Source: Octopus sinensis (taxonomy: Eukaryota). Taken from it: DNA of 64,000 nucleotides. The notes below the pieces were generated by a model. It saw only the letters and a list, made by a program, of their open reading frames with translations, had not been told where the DNA came from and did no database searches. The position numbers and the translations under genes are program-made. Shown here piece by piece: positions 38,447-51,492 of the stretch. How positions within the stretch are numbered: the stretch's first letter is position 1; every line of letters starts with the position of its first letter. The DNA is taken from NCBI RefSeq assembly GCF_006345805.1, contig NC_043005.1, positions 59,396,001 to 59,460,000 of the forward strand, in the 5' to 3' direction.

Positions 38447-39829
38447 TTCTAGGGCAGGTATAAATTAACCTCGATTGTGTGTTTGTCCATCTTAAGTAAT
38501 TTTTTCCCCGATGGATAATTTGAAGTCAATTCTATTACATAAAACAGTATTCAGTCAGCTAGATCTTGTCAATTTTTCTACCCTGTACCTAAATCCGAAC
38601 TGGTGAAATCAGTGAACAAAATTCTGGACGTAAAAAAATTAGAAGAAAACTTTGCTCTGAAATTACACTTCTGCTGTTTTAAATGTAAGAAATTGTATTA
38701 CCTAATGTAATTCTAGATAATCTATATCGTAAAAAATAGATGAACAGTTATGGTTAGACAGCCTTTAATTGTTCGTCTGCTCAGTTAGGATCACCTTCAC
38801 CTAATCAACAATTACGTAATCAGCGATGATAACAACAGCTACAGCAGCATCGTATTCTCAGTTATGTAAGCACAGGTTATTTCGTCATTCATACCAGTGA
38901 AATCATAACAAAAGCCTTATCCCTCCATCGACCGTCTGGTTTCCTATTGATATATTACCCTGAGATAAGTTAAGAGATATATTTCTTTCCTAACGAGAAT
39001 GTTCAACAGAATTGCACCTCGGTCTTCTCGTACAAAAGGAATGATGGAACTCAGTAATACATCCGAACAAAAGGTTTTTGCAATTGATAGCTGTGTCTAA
39101 ACCTCAAGCAAAATTCGGGAATTCGAACGATAAACTCGTGAATAACGTCGAAAGGAGTTCAAATGCGTCAGTTGATGTGTTTAAATGTCTCTGCTATGGG
39201 TAAGCAAGAGAGAGAGAAGAAGTTCTGTTAGCATTTTGAGTATAAATTACAAAGTTAAAGTTGTAGGTGAATGTCTTCAGAAACCTAAAGTCGACATTCA
39301 GTTTTTGATTGGATTAAAAAGTTCTTGCTTTCGTCTCTCTTCTCTAATCGAAACTTGCCGCTTACTGACGTTTGCACCTTAGACTTTTGACTCTCTCACT
39401 ACAAATCTCTATCCAGCATCCACTCTCGCTGCCTAAATCACTAATAACTTCTTAATTATACAACGATGCCTGCATCCATGGAAATTATTCTAGTCGATCC
39501 CACTGTAATGAATAAAATGTAAACTCACTAGAAAGGGTATTTAAACGCCTCATCTAGATCGGCAAAATCTTCATTTGAAATACCTTTAGACAAATAGTAT
39601 TCTGCTCCGTTATCTTAACTTATTGACTATTCCTTAACCGCTGCGGGCAATTAGTTTTTAAAGATATGAAAGACAAACAATTGGAAATAATTTCCTATAC
39701 TTTCTGCAGAGGAGAAATATTTGCCTAATTCAAATTTTGTAACACAAGAAAAAGCCACATTTTTGTCCACAATGTTTTTGCCCATCGAGCAACGTTTTAG
39801 CCTTGAATATATTACATTTATAGTTTTCT

Positions 39830-39999
39830 GCCCTGCGAAATGCTTCGCGGTATTTCGTCTGTCTTTACGTTCTGAGTTCAAATTCCATCGAGGTCGACTT
39901 TGCCTTTCATCCTTTCGGGGTCGATAAATTAAGTACCAGCTGTGTACTGGGGTCGATCTAATCGCCTGGTCCTCTCCCCCCAAAATTTCGGGCCTTGTA
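39830..39999 (+). mobile_element. Family A SINE, alternative-tail variant
   Basis: Family A centre followed by GATCTAATCGCCTGGTCCTCTCCCCCCAAAATTTCGGGCCTTGT. Confidence 0.85.
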
Positions 40000-40365
40000 G
40001 AAGAGATTATAATTTTCTGTTCAAAATATCGTTTTTAGTTTAACTAATCCATAAAAGTCTTTGTTGTTGATTAAGACATCAACAATGGCCTTAGGGAAAA
40101 CTGAAGTACTACAAGTATTTTCATTTACGATTTGATATTAGAAATTATTAACGAAAGTCTGTCTAGATATGAAAACTGAGAATCGAAAATAATCATAACT
40201 TGGAGCTTTATATACGCAGATGTGTGTATTTATATATCTAGGTATCTATGTATAATATATAATAGGCTTCTCATAAACCAATTTTTAATGTTATAGACAT
40301 CTAAATTCCTAGTTCATGCGAAAATGCAAATCAAACACATCTGCTGATGAGACCCAGACGATGTA

Positions 40366-41598
40366 CAGGGTGAGGTAGAGAGGACGGACGTGTTTGAAAT
40401 GGCTATTACTCAACCCCAGGCAGGGGGACATGTACCGGTCGGTCTGTGCTGCTTTAGCATTTCTTATCTTTTCAGGTGAAACCATGGCGTTGTGGACAAT
40501 AAAACATCGAGTGTTTGCCTATAAGAGTTACTTGTAGAATAACGAGTCACAGCAGTACAGCGTGAGTTTCGGCGTCACTTCAACGTTCACCGATATCAAG
40601 CTGTTCCTACCCATAGTCTTACGTCGGGCGAATGCGCTTCGTACGCTAATGACTAGGAAACTGGTTGGGGTGCCACGAACGGTACGGACCCTTGAGAATG
40701 TTGAACGCGTCAGATAAGCTTTGATACGCTGACCGAATCGCTCTGCTCGTAGGCATTCCACTGAACTTGGCATCGGTAATCGATCGGTAAAGCGTATTTT
40801 GCATTTCCACTCATATATATTGGTCATTGGGTAACAGTTGAAATCATGGGACTATGCACAGCGGTTCAAATTCGCACGTCAGATGGAAGAAATTTTTGAG
40901 GCAAATAACAACCTCATTTTGTTAATGAGTGATGAAGCTCATTTTCATCCCAATGGAATGGTAAATCAACAGAATTATTGTTATTAGGCTCTTGAAAATC
41001 AGAGAGAACTCAAAAGTGATGGTCTGATGTACTGTTGGAAAAGCTGCCGTCATTGGTCCTTACTTTTTTGAAGACAATACTGTAAATGCTGTTAATGTGA
41101 ACTATGGGCGTTACATCGAGATGATAACTTCTTTGTGCCTGAATAACGACGGAAACATATGCCTATTCGACGTGTGTGATTTCGGCAGAGCATCAATGGA
41201 CTTTCTTCGCCCTCTCTTCGTTGACCGCCTCGTTTCCAGGTTTGCTCATTTCCTTGGCCCCCTAGGTCCCCTGATTTGTCTATGATTATTTCTTGTAGGT
41301 AAACCTCAGGGCCCTTGTATATGCGCATAAGACCCATACATTTGTCGATTTGAAGGAAGTTATTCACCTGGAAATCGTCCAAATTTACAGAGCAATGCTG
41401 GAGAGAGAGTGGAGGCCATCTTTCAAGAACACCTTAAGAAATGCAACAATGAAAACGGACACCACATGATGGATGTTATTTTCAACACTTGATTTTGACA
41501 ATTGCTACTTCAATACGAACACATGAAAATTTGTTTGCATCTAAAATTAATGATTTTGTGAACTTATCAAAAACATCCGTCCTCTCTGCCCCACCCGG
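40366..41598 (+). mobile_element. Decayed full-length Tc1/mariner-superfamily element (rosa/maT-like)
   Basis: About 30-bp TIRs CAGGGTGAGGTAGAGAGGACGGA and TCCGTCCTCTCTGCCCCACCCGG, with TA on both sides. Transposase remnant 40484-41492 has QREFRRHFN, MSDEAHF, GPYFFE and WPPRSPDL motifs plus many stops. Confidence 0.9.
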
Positions 41599-42298
41599 TA
41601 TTTATATTTGCAACGAAGCACCCAATTACAGAGGATTCAGTTTGTTGCAGTTTCTTTATCAAATAAATGATAATCTTAGTGCTTAAATTACTTTGGTATT
41701 TAATATAAGATTTGTGCTTTGAAAGATAGTTAGGGAGTTCTACAAAATGTTCGGTGTCAAATTACGTCTCTTAATGTTCAGATTTAAAATTTCACTGCAA
41801 TTTAAAGTTTCACAAATTTAATATAATTGTTACTTCGTCTTGGAATAACTAGTTTGATCGTGCAAGAAAAAAAGTGTCTTCAACCGTTGTGGTGTAATTA
41901 AAATTATAATAAAGAATTGGTGCATATCGACTTGCTGGCAATCACTTCAATTTCTTTTCATTGGGTCTTCTGTAGCTAACAGGGGTAAAGGAGTTGACCT
42001 AAATACATGTCTAATATTAGTTTTATTAACTCCACTATGATAACAGTAAAAACGACGTAGATCAAACACATCCACTCATTCCTAATTTGAGAACATTCTC
42101 TGCGCAATGGGTAAACTAAGAAAACGGTTATGATGAAAGTAATTAAGTAAAATAACCATAATAATAATGATTTCAAATTTTGGCGCACGGCCAGCAATTT
42201 CGGTTGAGTTCTGATTATCAAAAGTGGCTCACTTGCCACCGTGCAATCATCGCATCACAATGGCTGTGATATACGGCCGTCTCCGATCGACTTTTAGG

Positions 42299-42425
42299 CA
42301 TTTTATCAACCCCGAGTGGATGAAACGTAAAGTCGACCTCGGCGGAATTTGAACTCAGAACGTGAAGATAGACGAAATGCCGCAAAGCATTTTTCCCGGC
42401 GTGCTAACGATCCTGGCAGTTACCA
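42299..42425 (-). mobile_element. Partial family A SINE
   Basis: AAAGTCGACCTCGGCGGAATTTGAACTCAGAACG...CCCGGCGTGCTAACGA. Confidence 0.8.
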
Positions 42426-44629
42426 TTGCAATGCTTTGAATCCTGTACTGCGTACTAGTCCAGGACACCAAGCCTTCTAAAGTGAATGTAATCAAGCTAT
42501 AGTTAGTACAACAGGGCTAGGTGAGCCGTTTAATACCGAAATTACCAGAAGTGTTTATGAGTGCTCGACTTGCATGAAATAAGTCAAATCTCAAACTATA
42601 CAATGCTGTTTTAAAGGCACATTAGATAATATAGATCGGGATGCAGTAGTTCTGAAAAGAAAGAAGAAAACAGGTTCTCAGGTCTGAATAACTTTGATTA
42701 TAGCTTTACTGACTAGCTTCTTCTATGTTTACAGTAAATTGTAACTGTTCGTATATGTATATATAAGATTGTTGAATTAATCATTAATGATTACATATTC
42801 ACACGTTCTAAAAATATATGTAGAAAATAGTAAACATGTGGTTCACTTGATAATAGATTAGTAGAGGCACGATTTATCAAGCTGGTAGCATTGGCTTATA
42901 TTTAGTTAGAGACTTCTATTGAATCAAGTGTCTTTTTGCCGTCTCCACTTATCTTCATAGCTTGTAAACTAGTTATACAAGCAAATGATTCATTTTAACA
43001 GAATCCCAAACCCCAGTAACATCCAAAGTAATTGATTGACAAATATACTTGGGAGATAACTTTGAATATTCAGAAATCTTACTTTATTCTGCATCTAAAT
43101 TATTGAACACGACTTGCAGCAAAGGAATCCGCCACATTGGCATCACAACCAGTGTCTTATATTCGAAGGACACATATAGGTGCTGTATCTCCTCCCACCC
43201 TATCAGTACCTAACTGGCTTCAAAAGAGATGAAATTATTGATTGAAACAAATACACGTTACAACTATCTCGGAAACATATTGATGTTTACGTTGCTGAAA
43301 AGTTCACGTAAACCTAAGCACTAAATGGCCTTGCTGCAAATATAACTGTATGTACTACAAACTCTAGCATCTACCAGCGACACCGGTGTAATCTTTAAAT
43401 CATTGCAATTAGCAGGGTGTTGAACCTCTCCACCGATTTGCTTGTGCTGTGTAGATAATAAACGGGCTTATGTTAAAAAGCTTTATTTCATTGTCGTTTT
43501 CATCAAAATTGTATTCCATCGTCGTTACTCTGTTATCCCTGGAGGAAGTTTCCTTTTCAAACTTGGCTATTTTGTTAAAGCCATAACTGTCTCCTTAGAA
43601 TTCCTGTAAATGGAGAGGACGACGTGGTACCTTGCAGAAAATAAATACAGATGGATATAGAGGATTAAGGCAAAGCAAAGCTTTTACAGCTGCGAGAAAT
43701 CAAGCCATTACAAGTCAATGATAAAGAGGTTTGTACTCGGATAAGATCATCTGACAAATCAATGTTTTATATTTCTATCAAATCTTTCCTGCAGCAGCAG
43801 ATCAATCGTTTTGCATTTATGCTGAAACAAGCGTTGGAGTGGAAGGGTTAGTTAATGGTGCTCCAGTGTGTGTGTGGGGGGATCAATCTCAGGCGGAGGG
43901 AAGATGATTGATGGAAAAATGCGCTTGGACATCTCCATTACATTTTTGTGCTCATCTCTGTGTTTAGTAAATAGCAGTTCATCGTAGGCATAATTCACCT
44001 TTAGGCCGTGATTTTATAGTTACTTCATGAGTTATTTAGAGATAGTATCTGCACTAGATCGCCGTTAATACCATAACCGTCAAAATATCAAACATTTAAC
44101 TTAGCTGACAGACCACTAGCAACACTTAATTGTTAAAACGAAGATTTTGAAATAGAACGGATCCCTCATCTGAACCCACGACGCAAAACGTTATCTGTCG
44201 AAATAGCAGATGCAATGCTTGATGGGAAGATATATAGAAAGGAGTCTGAATTTTAGAATAATTGACAATTTAATGTGTTAGACCCATTTAAAAGTATTAG
44301 CTTCGTCTAGCTTGAGAACGACTTTTGGATTATATTTACAGTTGAAGTAATTAGAGACGGTGTGCAGAGCTGCCTTATCTCAGCAAACATACTGTCACCT
44401 ATGTTAATAGGCAAAAGGTCAGAAGGAACTCTCACGTGTGTTTAAAATAGTTTTAGCTTAACGAAAGTGATAAATAAGCAACCACAAGAGGTCAAAAGTC
44501 AGCGTTTGGCTTGACAAAGTTAAACGAAATAACTCTGAAGAGAAATTGTTTGAGATTAGGTGAGGCTGACCGACTAATTATTACGAAGATAAATTATCTA
44601 AATGTGGACAACATATCATCTATGCTTTC

Positions 44630-44850
44630 CTTGACTTAGTGGGTAGTGTACTGTACTCATGGTGGTAAGAGTGTGATTTCGATTCCTGAACCAGGCGAGT
44701 TGTGTTCTTAAGCAAAACACTTCCTCTCAGTCCACACGGCTGGTAAAAACGAGTAATCTTGTGATGAACCGGCGTCCAAGTGGAGAAATATATACATCAC
44801 AGAATCCAGGAAACCAGCCTTATGAGCCTATGGCTCGGGAAGGAGCTTCC
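44630..44850 (+). mobile_element. Degenerate family B SINE
   Basis: GATTTCGATTCCTGAACCAGGCGAGTTGTGTTCTTAAGCAAAACACTT...GAGTAATCTTGTGATGAACCGGCGTCC. Confidence 0.7.
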
Positions 44851-45084
44851 ATTCTATTTTGTGGGGAGGGACAAAAGAAAGAAATATCTTTGCTATATTG
44901 CAATCTAAGACCCTAACAATTATTTCCAAGCCATTGAGAAAGAAAAAAGATATTGCTTCTTTTACGCTTATTAATACGAATGATGTAAGCTACCGATTGG
45001 AAGAATGTGACCCTTTAAAAAGAGGTGATACATCAAAATGCTTCCATTACGAATGTACAACTGAATTCCAGAAAGTATTATTCT

Positions 45085-45490
45085 TTTCATTTATTCTTTT
45101 ACTTATTTCAGTCATGGACCTTGGCCATGCTGGGGCACCGCTTTGAACGGTTTTAGTGGAAGAAATCGACCTCAAGATTTATTCTTTGTAAGCCTAGCAA
45201 TTATTCTCTCGGTATCTTTTGCCGAACTGCGAAGTTACGGGGACATAAACACACCAGCATAGGATCGGTTGTCAAGCGGTGGCAGGGGATGAACAGACAC
45301 TGACAGGCAGACAGACACACACACACGCATATACGAAGGGCTTCTTTCAGTTTCTGCCTACCAAATCGACTGACAAGGCTTTGGTCAGTCTGAGGTTATA
45401 GGAGAATACACTTGCCCAAGGTTGTGCGTAGTGAGACTGAACACCGAACCATGTGGTTGAGAAGCAAGCTTCTTATCACACAACCACGTT
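45085..45490 (-). mobile_element. Adjacent family D (about 45085-45300) and family C (about 45320-45490) SINEs
   Basis: D: TTTTACTTATTTCAGTCATGGACCTTGGCCATGCTGGGGCACC...GCCGAACTGCGAAGTTACGGGGACATAAACAC. C: CTACCAAATC...CACTTGCCCAAGG...GAACCATGTGGTTGAGAAGCAAGCTTCTT. Confidence 0.8.
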
Positions 45491-45699
45491 CCTTTATGTA
45501 ATATTCATTTAGTATCAACGTTTATAAATTAACTCGTGTGCTTGGGTGTCATTCTTAGTGTAGGATCTAAATAAATAGTGATAATTTTTTACATTGCTTT
45601 GTGAGAGAAAAATTAATTGTTGATTAGGGATGTATACTGTGTATATAGCAGGGAAGCGATTAAACCAACATTTGCACGAAACATTAATATAGGTTTCAA

Positions 45700-45900
45700 A
45701 TATTAGCACAAGACCAGCAATTTTAGTGGAGTGGGTAAGTCGATTACATCGACTCCAGTGCTCAACTGGTACTTATTTTATCGACTCCGAAAAGGATGAA
45801 AGGCAAAGTCGACCTTGGCAGAATTTGAAATCAGAACATGAAGATGAACGAAATGTTGCTAATTACTTTGCCAGACGTTCTAACAATTCTAAAAGCTTGC
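45700..45900 (-). mobile_element. Family A SINE, alternative-tail variant
   Basis: GTCGATTACATCGACTCCAGTG...AAAGGATGAAAGGCAAAGTCGACCTTGGCAGAATTTGAA. Confidence 0.75.
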
Positions 45901-46898
45901 CGCTTTCAATGGCACATTGTTATTGTCGAGTAAAAGTCCCTGAATAATTAAGCAACTTGAATAATTAAGCAACTTGAACATTTTCTGTCTAAAGTAGTTG
46001 TTGAATCGAAACGATTAATGAGGAACTAGGTTCAAGATCTATCCGCAAACACACTACATTAAAAATTTGGTCTCTTTTCTAATCATTTTCGTGTTCATAT
46101 AATGGTAGGAAAGACAACGACGTTCAACAGATGTTTTGAACCACCAATGCTACATTTGATGTAATGGATGTCAGCGCCCCTAATAATGCGTGGCGGAGGG
46201 ATTATCGGGTGGAAACTTTTTACATGATAGTGGGGTCAGAGAAAAGAAGGCTTTCATTTTTGACCGCTTTACCGTCTGGTGAGACTCACGTACAACCAAA
46301 ATAAAACTCACTTTGGCCTGAAAATTTCCTATTGACAGAGTAGCGCGAATATGATCATGGCACGAAGAAGAACACTCATTATATGGAGAAATATTAGTTG
46401 TGACAAGCCTACCATTACTTCGTAAACTAAGAATATATTGGAGCGCAAAATTTACCAAGGGAGTTGCTAACAATGTTGGTAAATATATGTTCAGGAAATA
46501 CAAAAGTAAATATTTTACTTGCATTTGTAGTGAATGGATATGTTTTGTTTGCGTTTGGATGTTTGAATATATTTTGTTGGATATATCATAGATTATGAAT
46601 TGTAAACCAAGAGATATACAGAGTTAAAATGTACGGGTAACATCAGGAAAATAACGACTGATAAATGCATATTTATTATTTAATTATTTTAATCTCTAAC
46701 CTAGATATATAACGTAAGGAATACGAATCAATTTTAACAATTTAAAATGGATAGATCTAAAGAAATGATATATTGGGCAAAATAATACTTAAGATATATA
46801 GAGATTTGTATATATTTTATATACTTGTAAAATTCAATTAATCCCAACAAACATCAATATTTGATTTCATTTATTAATTAATGGATTATTTAAATATA

Positions 46899-48189
46899 TT
46901 GGGTCGGCAACTAAGTTCCCGTCGTTTTTTTAATTAAAATATTTAAAAAGGTTTAATAAAAAAATAACAACTAATTAATCAATAATATATTCACTCTTGT
47001 TGTTTACAACTTCTTCCCAATGTTGAACAAGGTTTTAAATATCTCGTTGGTAGAAATCAACCGATTTCGACTCGAAAAATTGATCCTACAAGCTCTCAAT
47101 TCTGCATCAGTATTGAACGAAACTGCACGCATAGCATTTGAAAGAGATCGAAAGAGGTGAAAATCCGTTGATGCCAAATCAGGAGAGTACGGCGGGTGGG
47201 GCAGCACTTCCCAGCCGTGCGTTTGAATGGCTTCCTTGGTCATATTGGTGATATAAGGGCGGGTGTTGTGCAGTAGAAGAACTCCATGCTGCCGATTAGG
47301 TCTTTTCTCTTGAATATCCGTGTTGAGTCGTTCCATCTGTTGAACATAGAGTTCCGCATTGACAGTTTGGTTCCGTTCAAGCAATTCGTAATGGATAATC
47401 CCTTCCCAACCCCACCATATGCACAACATCATTTTACGAGGATGAAGATATTGCTTCACGCGCGGTGTCGCTTGTTTACCGGGGTTAAGCCATTCCTTAG
47501 GCTGCTTCATAGTGATGCACAGGCATCATTTTTTATGGCCAGTAACGATTCGGTAAAAAAATTGTTGTTTGTGTCCATGAGTTGAGCAGTGACGAACAAG
47601 CAAACCAGCAGAGATTGTGGCTCGTTTATTTTTGTTGTTGTCACTTAAAGCATGTAGAACCCATGCTCCATACTTCTGATCCTTTCCCATCGAGTGAAGA
47701 TGCTTCTCTATAGCAGTGTGAGAGTATTCCATTTTCTCTGCCCGGTCCCTTGACACTTGACGAGAATTTTCGTGCAAATGTTGGTTTTATTGCTCTTCAT
47801 CGAACTCAACTGGACAGGCAGAACGAGGCGCGTCTTTGAGGTCAAAATTTCCATTTTTGAACATGGTCTACTAACTACGAGCGGATCTTTCAACTATGAC
47901 TCTCTCTCTATGCACAGCACAAATGTCGTGAGCAGCTTTGGCGGCCTTAGAACCTTGATTAAAAGCAAAACGAAGGTGTCGAAAATGCTCGTTTTTCTTA
48001 ACTTGGTATTCCATTTTAATGTTCTGAAAATAAACAAAAATTAACTAAAATTAACTTTAAAAAAAAAATAGATTAAAAAATTATTGAAAAATAGAATTCT
48101 CGAAAACATAGATTCCAAAATTTAAAAACTCAATAAATTCCAAAATTAAAAAAAAAAACTAAACGGCGGGAACTTAGTTGGCAACCCGA
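46899..48189 (-). mobile_element. Decayed full-length mariner (DD34D-type) element, 1,291 bp
   Basis: TIRs TTGGGTCGGCAACTAAGTTCCCGTCGTTT and AAACGGCGGGAACTTAGTTGGCAACCCGA, with TA flanks. Transposase remnant 48014-46975 has WVLHAL, IVTGHKK (cf. IVTGDEKW), KMMLCIWW, YELL and HPPYSPDLASTDFHLF. Confidence 0.95.
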
Positions 48190-48932
48190 TATATGTGTCA
48201 TGTTTCGGTACAGGGTTAGAAAGGAAACGAGGAAAATTGGTAACAGAATATTATTAAATCACGAAACTGCTTAAAAATAAATTCAGTCGAAATTATAGAG
48301 ATGAAAAAATATTTATAGAACTGTGAATATAAAAGCTCCTGGCTTTAAGGGTACCGCGAAAGGCGTGGTTGGAAGCTCAAACTTCGGGTTCCTTTACAGG
48401 GCTTAGATAAAATGGAGGACCGCTGCAATAAGTATATGAATCTGAATGAGGAATATGTTGAATGAAATCAGAATTAATTGGCCATCCTCTATTATCTGTT
48501 ACCCCAAGACCCCCCTCATGCCATTGTGAGTGCACGCACATGCGCAATAGAGAGCATCTAACATAATTTGTGTGTATATATAAGCGCTATACACACTTTA
48601 TAACACTGTACTCACGTGTTTGTGTGTATAATAGACGGTATCTAGCATGGAGTGCATATATCTGAAGTAGAGTATATGCAACATTTTGTATTTATATTTC
48701 TATGGAAAATACAGAACATATAACATATGTGGATGTATGGGACAATAAGAGTTTTGACTGATATTTCAAGCAGGTTGACATACCTAGTATGTCCTTTGAT
48801 TAATTTTAATCCCTCGGCTATTTAATGCTATTTTTGGCCTGCTATCGCCTGTGTCATTGATTCTGTTATTATCATTTTTAAAATTGTTACATTGGATAAT
48901 AATAGAATTAATGACACCTTCGTAAATTAATT

Positions 48933-48976
<44 letters not shown>

Positions 48977-49061
48977 CATACACACACATACATATATGTT
49001 CCACGTCATAGCGTTGTGTTTTCTCTTTGTTCATGTTTGGATTAACTATATATATATATAT

Positions 49062-49521
49062 ATATTAATAGTTATCGCCAAACTAATATGGCAGTCCATA
49101 AATATAAGACTAAAGCTGTCGCTGATTAGCTCCAAGAGGCCATTGCCTCTAGCTAGCTATATGGCACACGAACCTGCGTCCATTACAACCTTCGAACAGG
49201 GGAGGTCAGCCGCTTCACCTTGCTGGTCAGACACCTGCAGACATGTTTCAGGGTTGTTGCCCTTTATCAATGCAGCGTAGTGAGACCCAGTAGGTGTCGC
49301 TACCGACCGTCTGTTCGAAGATTTTATTTACCTAGTTACAGTGGAATACATCCACTTGTTTTCAATAATAGAAATATTAAAATTACTAAGTCTCTCTAAA
49401 GGAGATTACGGCAGCGTTACTAGATATTAATAGTTATCGCCAAACTAATATGGCAGTCCATAAATATAAGACTAAAGCTGTTGCTGATTAGCTCCAAGAG
49501 GCCATCGCCTCTAGCTAGCTA
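49062..49521 (-). mobile_element. PLE/retrozyme-like partial tandem repeat (period 362 bp)
   Basis: A 98-bp segment occurs at 49062-49159 and 49424-49521 with 2 mismatches. The unit contains a minimal hammerhead. Confidence 0.65.
49235..49275 (-). ncRNA. Minimal type I hammerhead ribozyme, U3-A8 core variant
   Basis: Minus strand CTGCA-TTGATAA-AGGG-CAACAA-CCCT-GAAA-CAT-GTC-TGCAG: 5-bp stem I, 4-bp stem II, palindromic ACATGT stem III, GUC cleavage triplet. Confidence 0.7.
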
Positions 49522-49651
49522 AAAAGAGACCGATAGAATAAATACTGGGCTTACAAAAAGAATAAGTCCCGGGGTCGAGTTGCTCGACTAAAGGTGGTGC
49601 TCCAGCATGGCCGCAGTCAAATGACTGAAACAAGTAAAAGAATAAAAGAGT
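49519..49651 (+). mobile_element. 3' part of a family D SINE
   Basis: AAAAGAGACCGATAGAATAAATACTGGGCTTACAAAAAGAATAAGTCCCGGGGTCGAG...GACTGAAACAAGTAAAAGAATAAAAGAG. Confidence 0.85.
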
Positions 49652-51454
49652 ATATATAGCGTAGGATGCGTGTGGGTGCGCGATTGTATAAGCACGTGCG
49701 AGCATCGAAATAATTAAATAAATCTTTTCGCTAATTACACGATAATGATGAATGCAGTTTACATTATGATTACACGATTTTCATGTTGACGTTGAAATAA
49801 CAGATATAGAAAGTAAATTACAAAATCGTTCGAATATCTGCCACAGATTTTGCGTTACTGGGGTCAATTCATCTGGTGTGCGCTTTCGGCAATTACTGTA
49901 TTTATGTACCCTTTATTATATCTATAGTCCAAAACGACAGATGTTCTACTGTCATAGTTTCTGTTAAGTGCAAATTCAAAATGAATTATCTTTTAATGAT
50001 TAGCTGGTTTATTAGAGATACTACAATTTGAGTGTCAATTAATGTTGGGATATGAACTGGTGACACACATAATCAGAAAGTCGGCATTCTATCAGCTAAT
50101 TGTTATTCTTAGCTTTGTTAATTTCCTCGTGCTAAATTCGATTAGCGAAAGCTAGTATTGTTTATTGTTAACTTCCCAAAACACACAAACTAAATAACTC
50201 AGAATTTCTCACATGACTTGTGAAAAAATTATTAGAGGATTCAGCAATTCTATGTGGTACCTCAACTGGCTCGAAATGACAGCCAAATTTCTTTCACATC
50301 ATATCCAACCATTGACATGAAGAACAGTGAACAGTCTGTATATAATATAATGGGATTGTTTAGGCCGCACCCAGAGAGAAACCAGCTTACTGATTGGTAT
50401 CAAGTCATCCACACACCCGCTCAAGCTCAGAACCTCACGTAAGCTGCCTTCTCTCTCTGCTGTTTCCATTGTTACTATAACAGACGGTGCCTTTCGAAGG
50501 CATTTCCACTCTAGTCATCTTATGACACACGGAGTAATAATTTCCAGGCGCTACACTAATTTTCGTTGCGTCTTGCAACATTTTCAATTGTCAAGTTTAT
50601 TGAAAAGGTTGCAAGACGCAACGAAAGATTTAGGAAAATAAAAATAAGAAATGAGTGGAAATTTTACCAGTGGGTGTGTGAAATTATAAGGCACAAAAAA
50701 AAATTACTCTCCCCAGACACAACAGTATATACACACACACACACGCACACACACTCACACACACACACACACACACATACACACACACATATATATGTAT
50801 ATATATATACACAAGAGTTTGTAACTCAATACAAATGATTTTATTTATAGAATTCGCGTCAAGACACTTCGCAGATAAAGATTCTTTCACTCTCTCTCTC
50901 TCACGCACTCTCTCTTCCTCTCTATCTGTCCATCATTCATCTCTCTCTCCTTCTCTCTCTACACGCGCGCACACACACTCACATATATATAAAGTGATAA
51001 ATAGATGTGCAAAGTATGTGTGTGTGTAAATTTATGTATACCATGGTCAATACAACGCGTAAGAAGAGAGCCGACGATGCATTGTACGGATTAGTTTAAG
51101 GAATCTTCGAGGAAGTATAAGGTCAGACCAGATCATCGGGACAGTACTAATACTGACAGGAGCATTGGGGGTTGTCGCGGTGTGTGAAAGAGGTTGGTAT
51201 TCTGGAAATGAAGACAACTACAATCTTGTTCAAGAGAGCTAAAAGGAATGTACACGTTTGTTGCCATCATTACTAACGCTCCACCGTCACGTATATATCA
51301 ACCACCCGCAACAGAGCTGGCGTATCTTGGGTTGGACAGTTCAGCTACCAAAGATCTAACATTGAAAGAATTGGAAGTTGCCGGATTTCGACAGACAACT
51401 GAAGGAAATGTTTTCATAGAAAGTATTTTAAATCTCTCTCTCTCTCTGTCTCTC

Positions 51455-51492
<38 letters not shown>

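Noticed and set aside
40340-40365. CTGATGAG just upstream of the Tc1/mariner TIR
   Set aside because: No matching GAAA or stem III on either side of the transposon.
46180-46591. Overlapping 114-aa and 63-aa ORFs in moderately GC sequence
   Set aside because: No recognisable motif, no splice support, and stops in adjacent frames.
51040-51420. GC-richer block with the start of a 139-aa ORF, faintly RTE C-terminus-like
   Set aside because: The similarity is too weak to call, and the ORF length is inflated by a downstream microsatellite.
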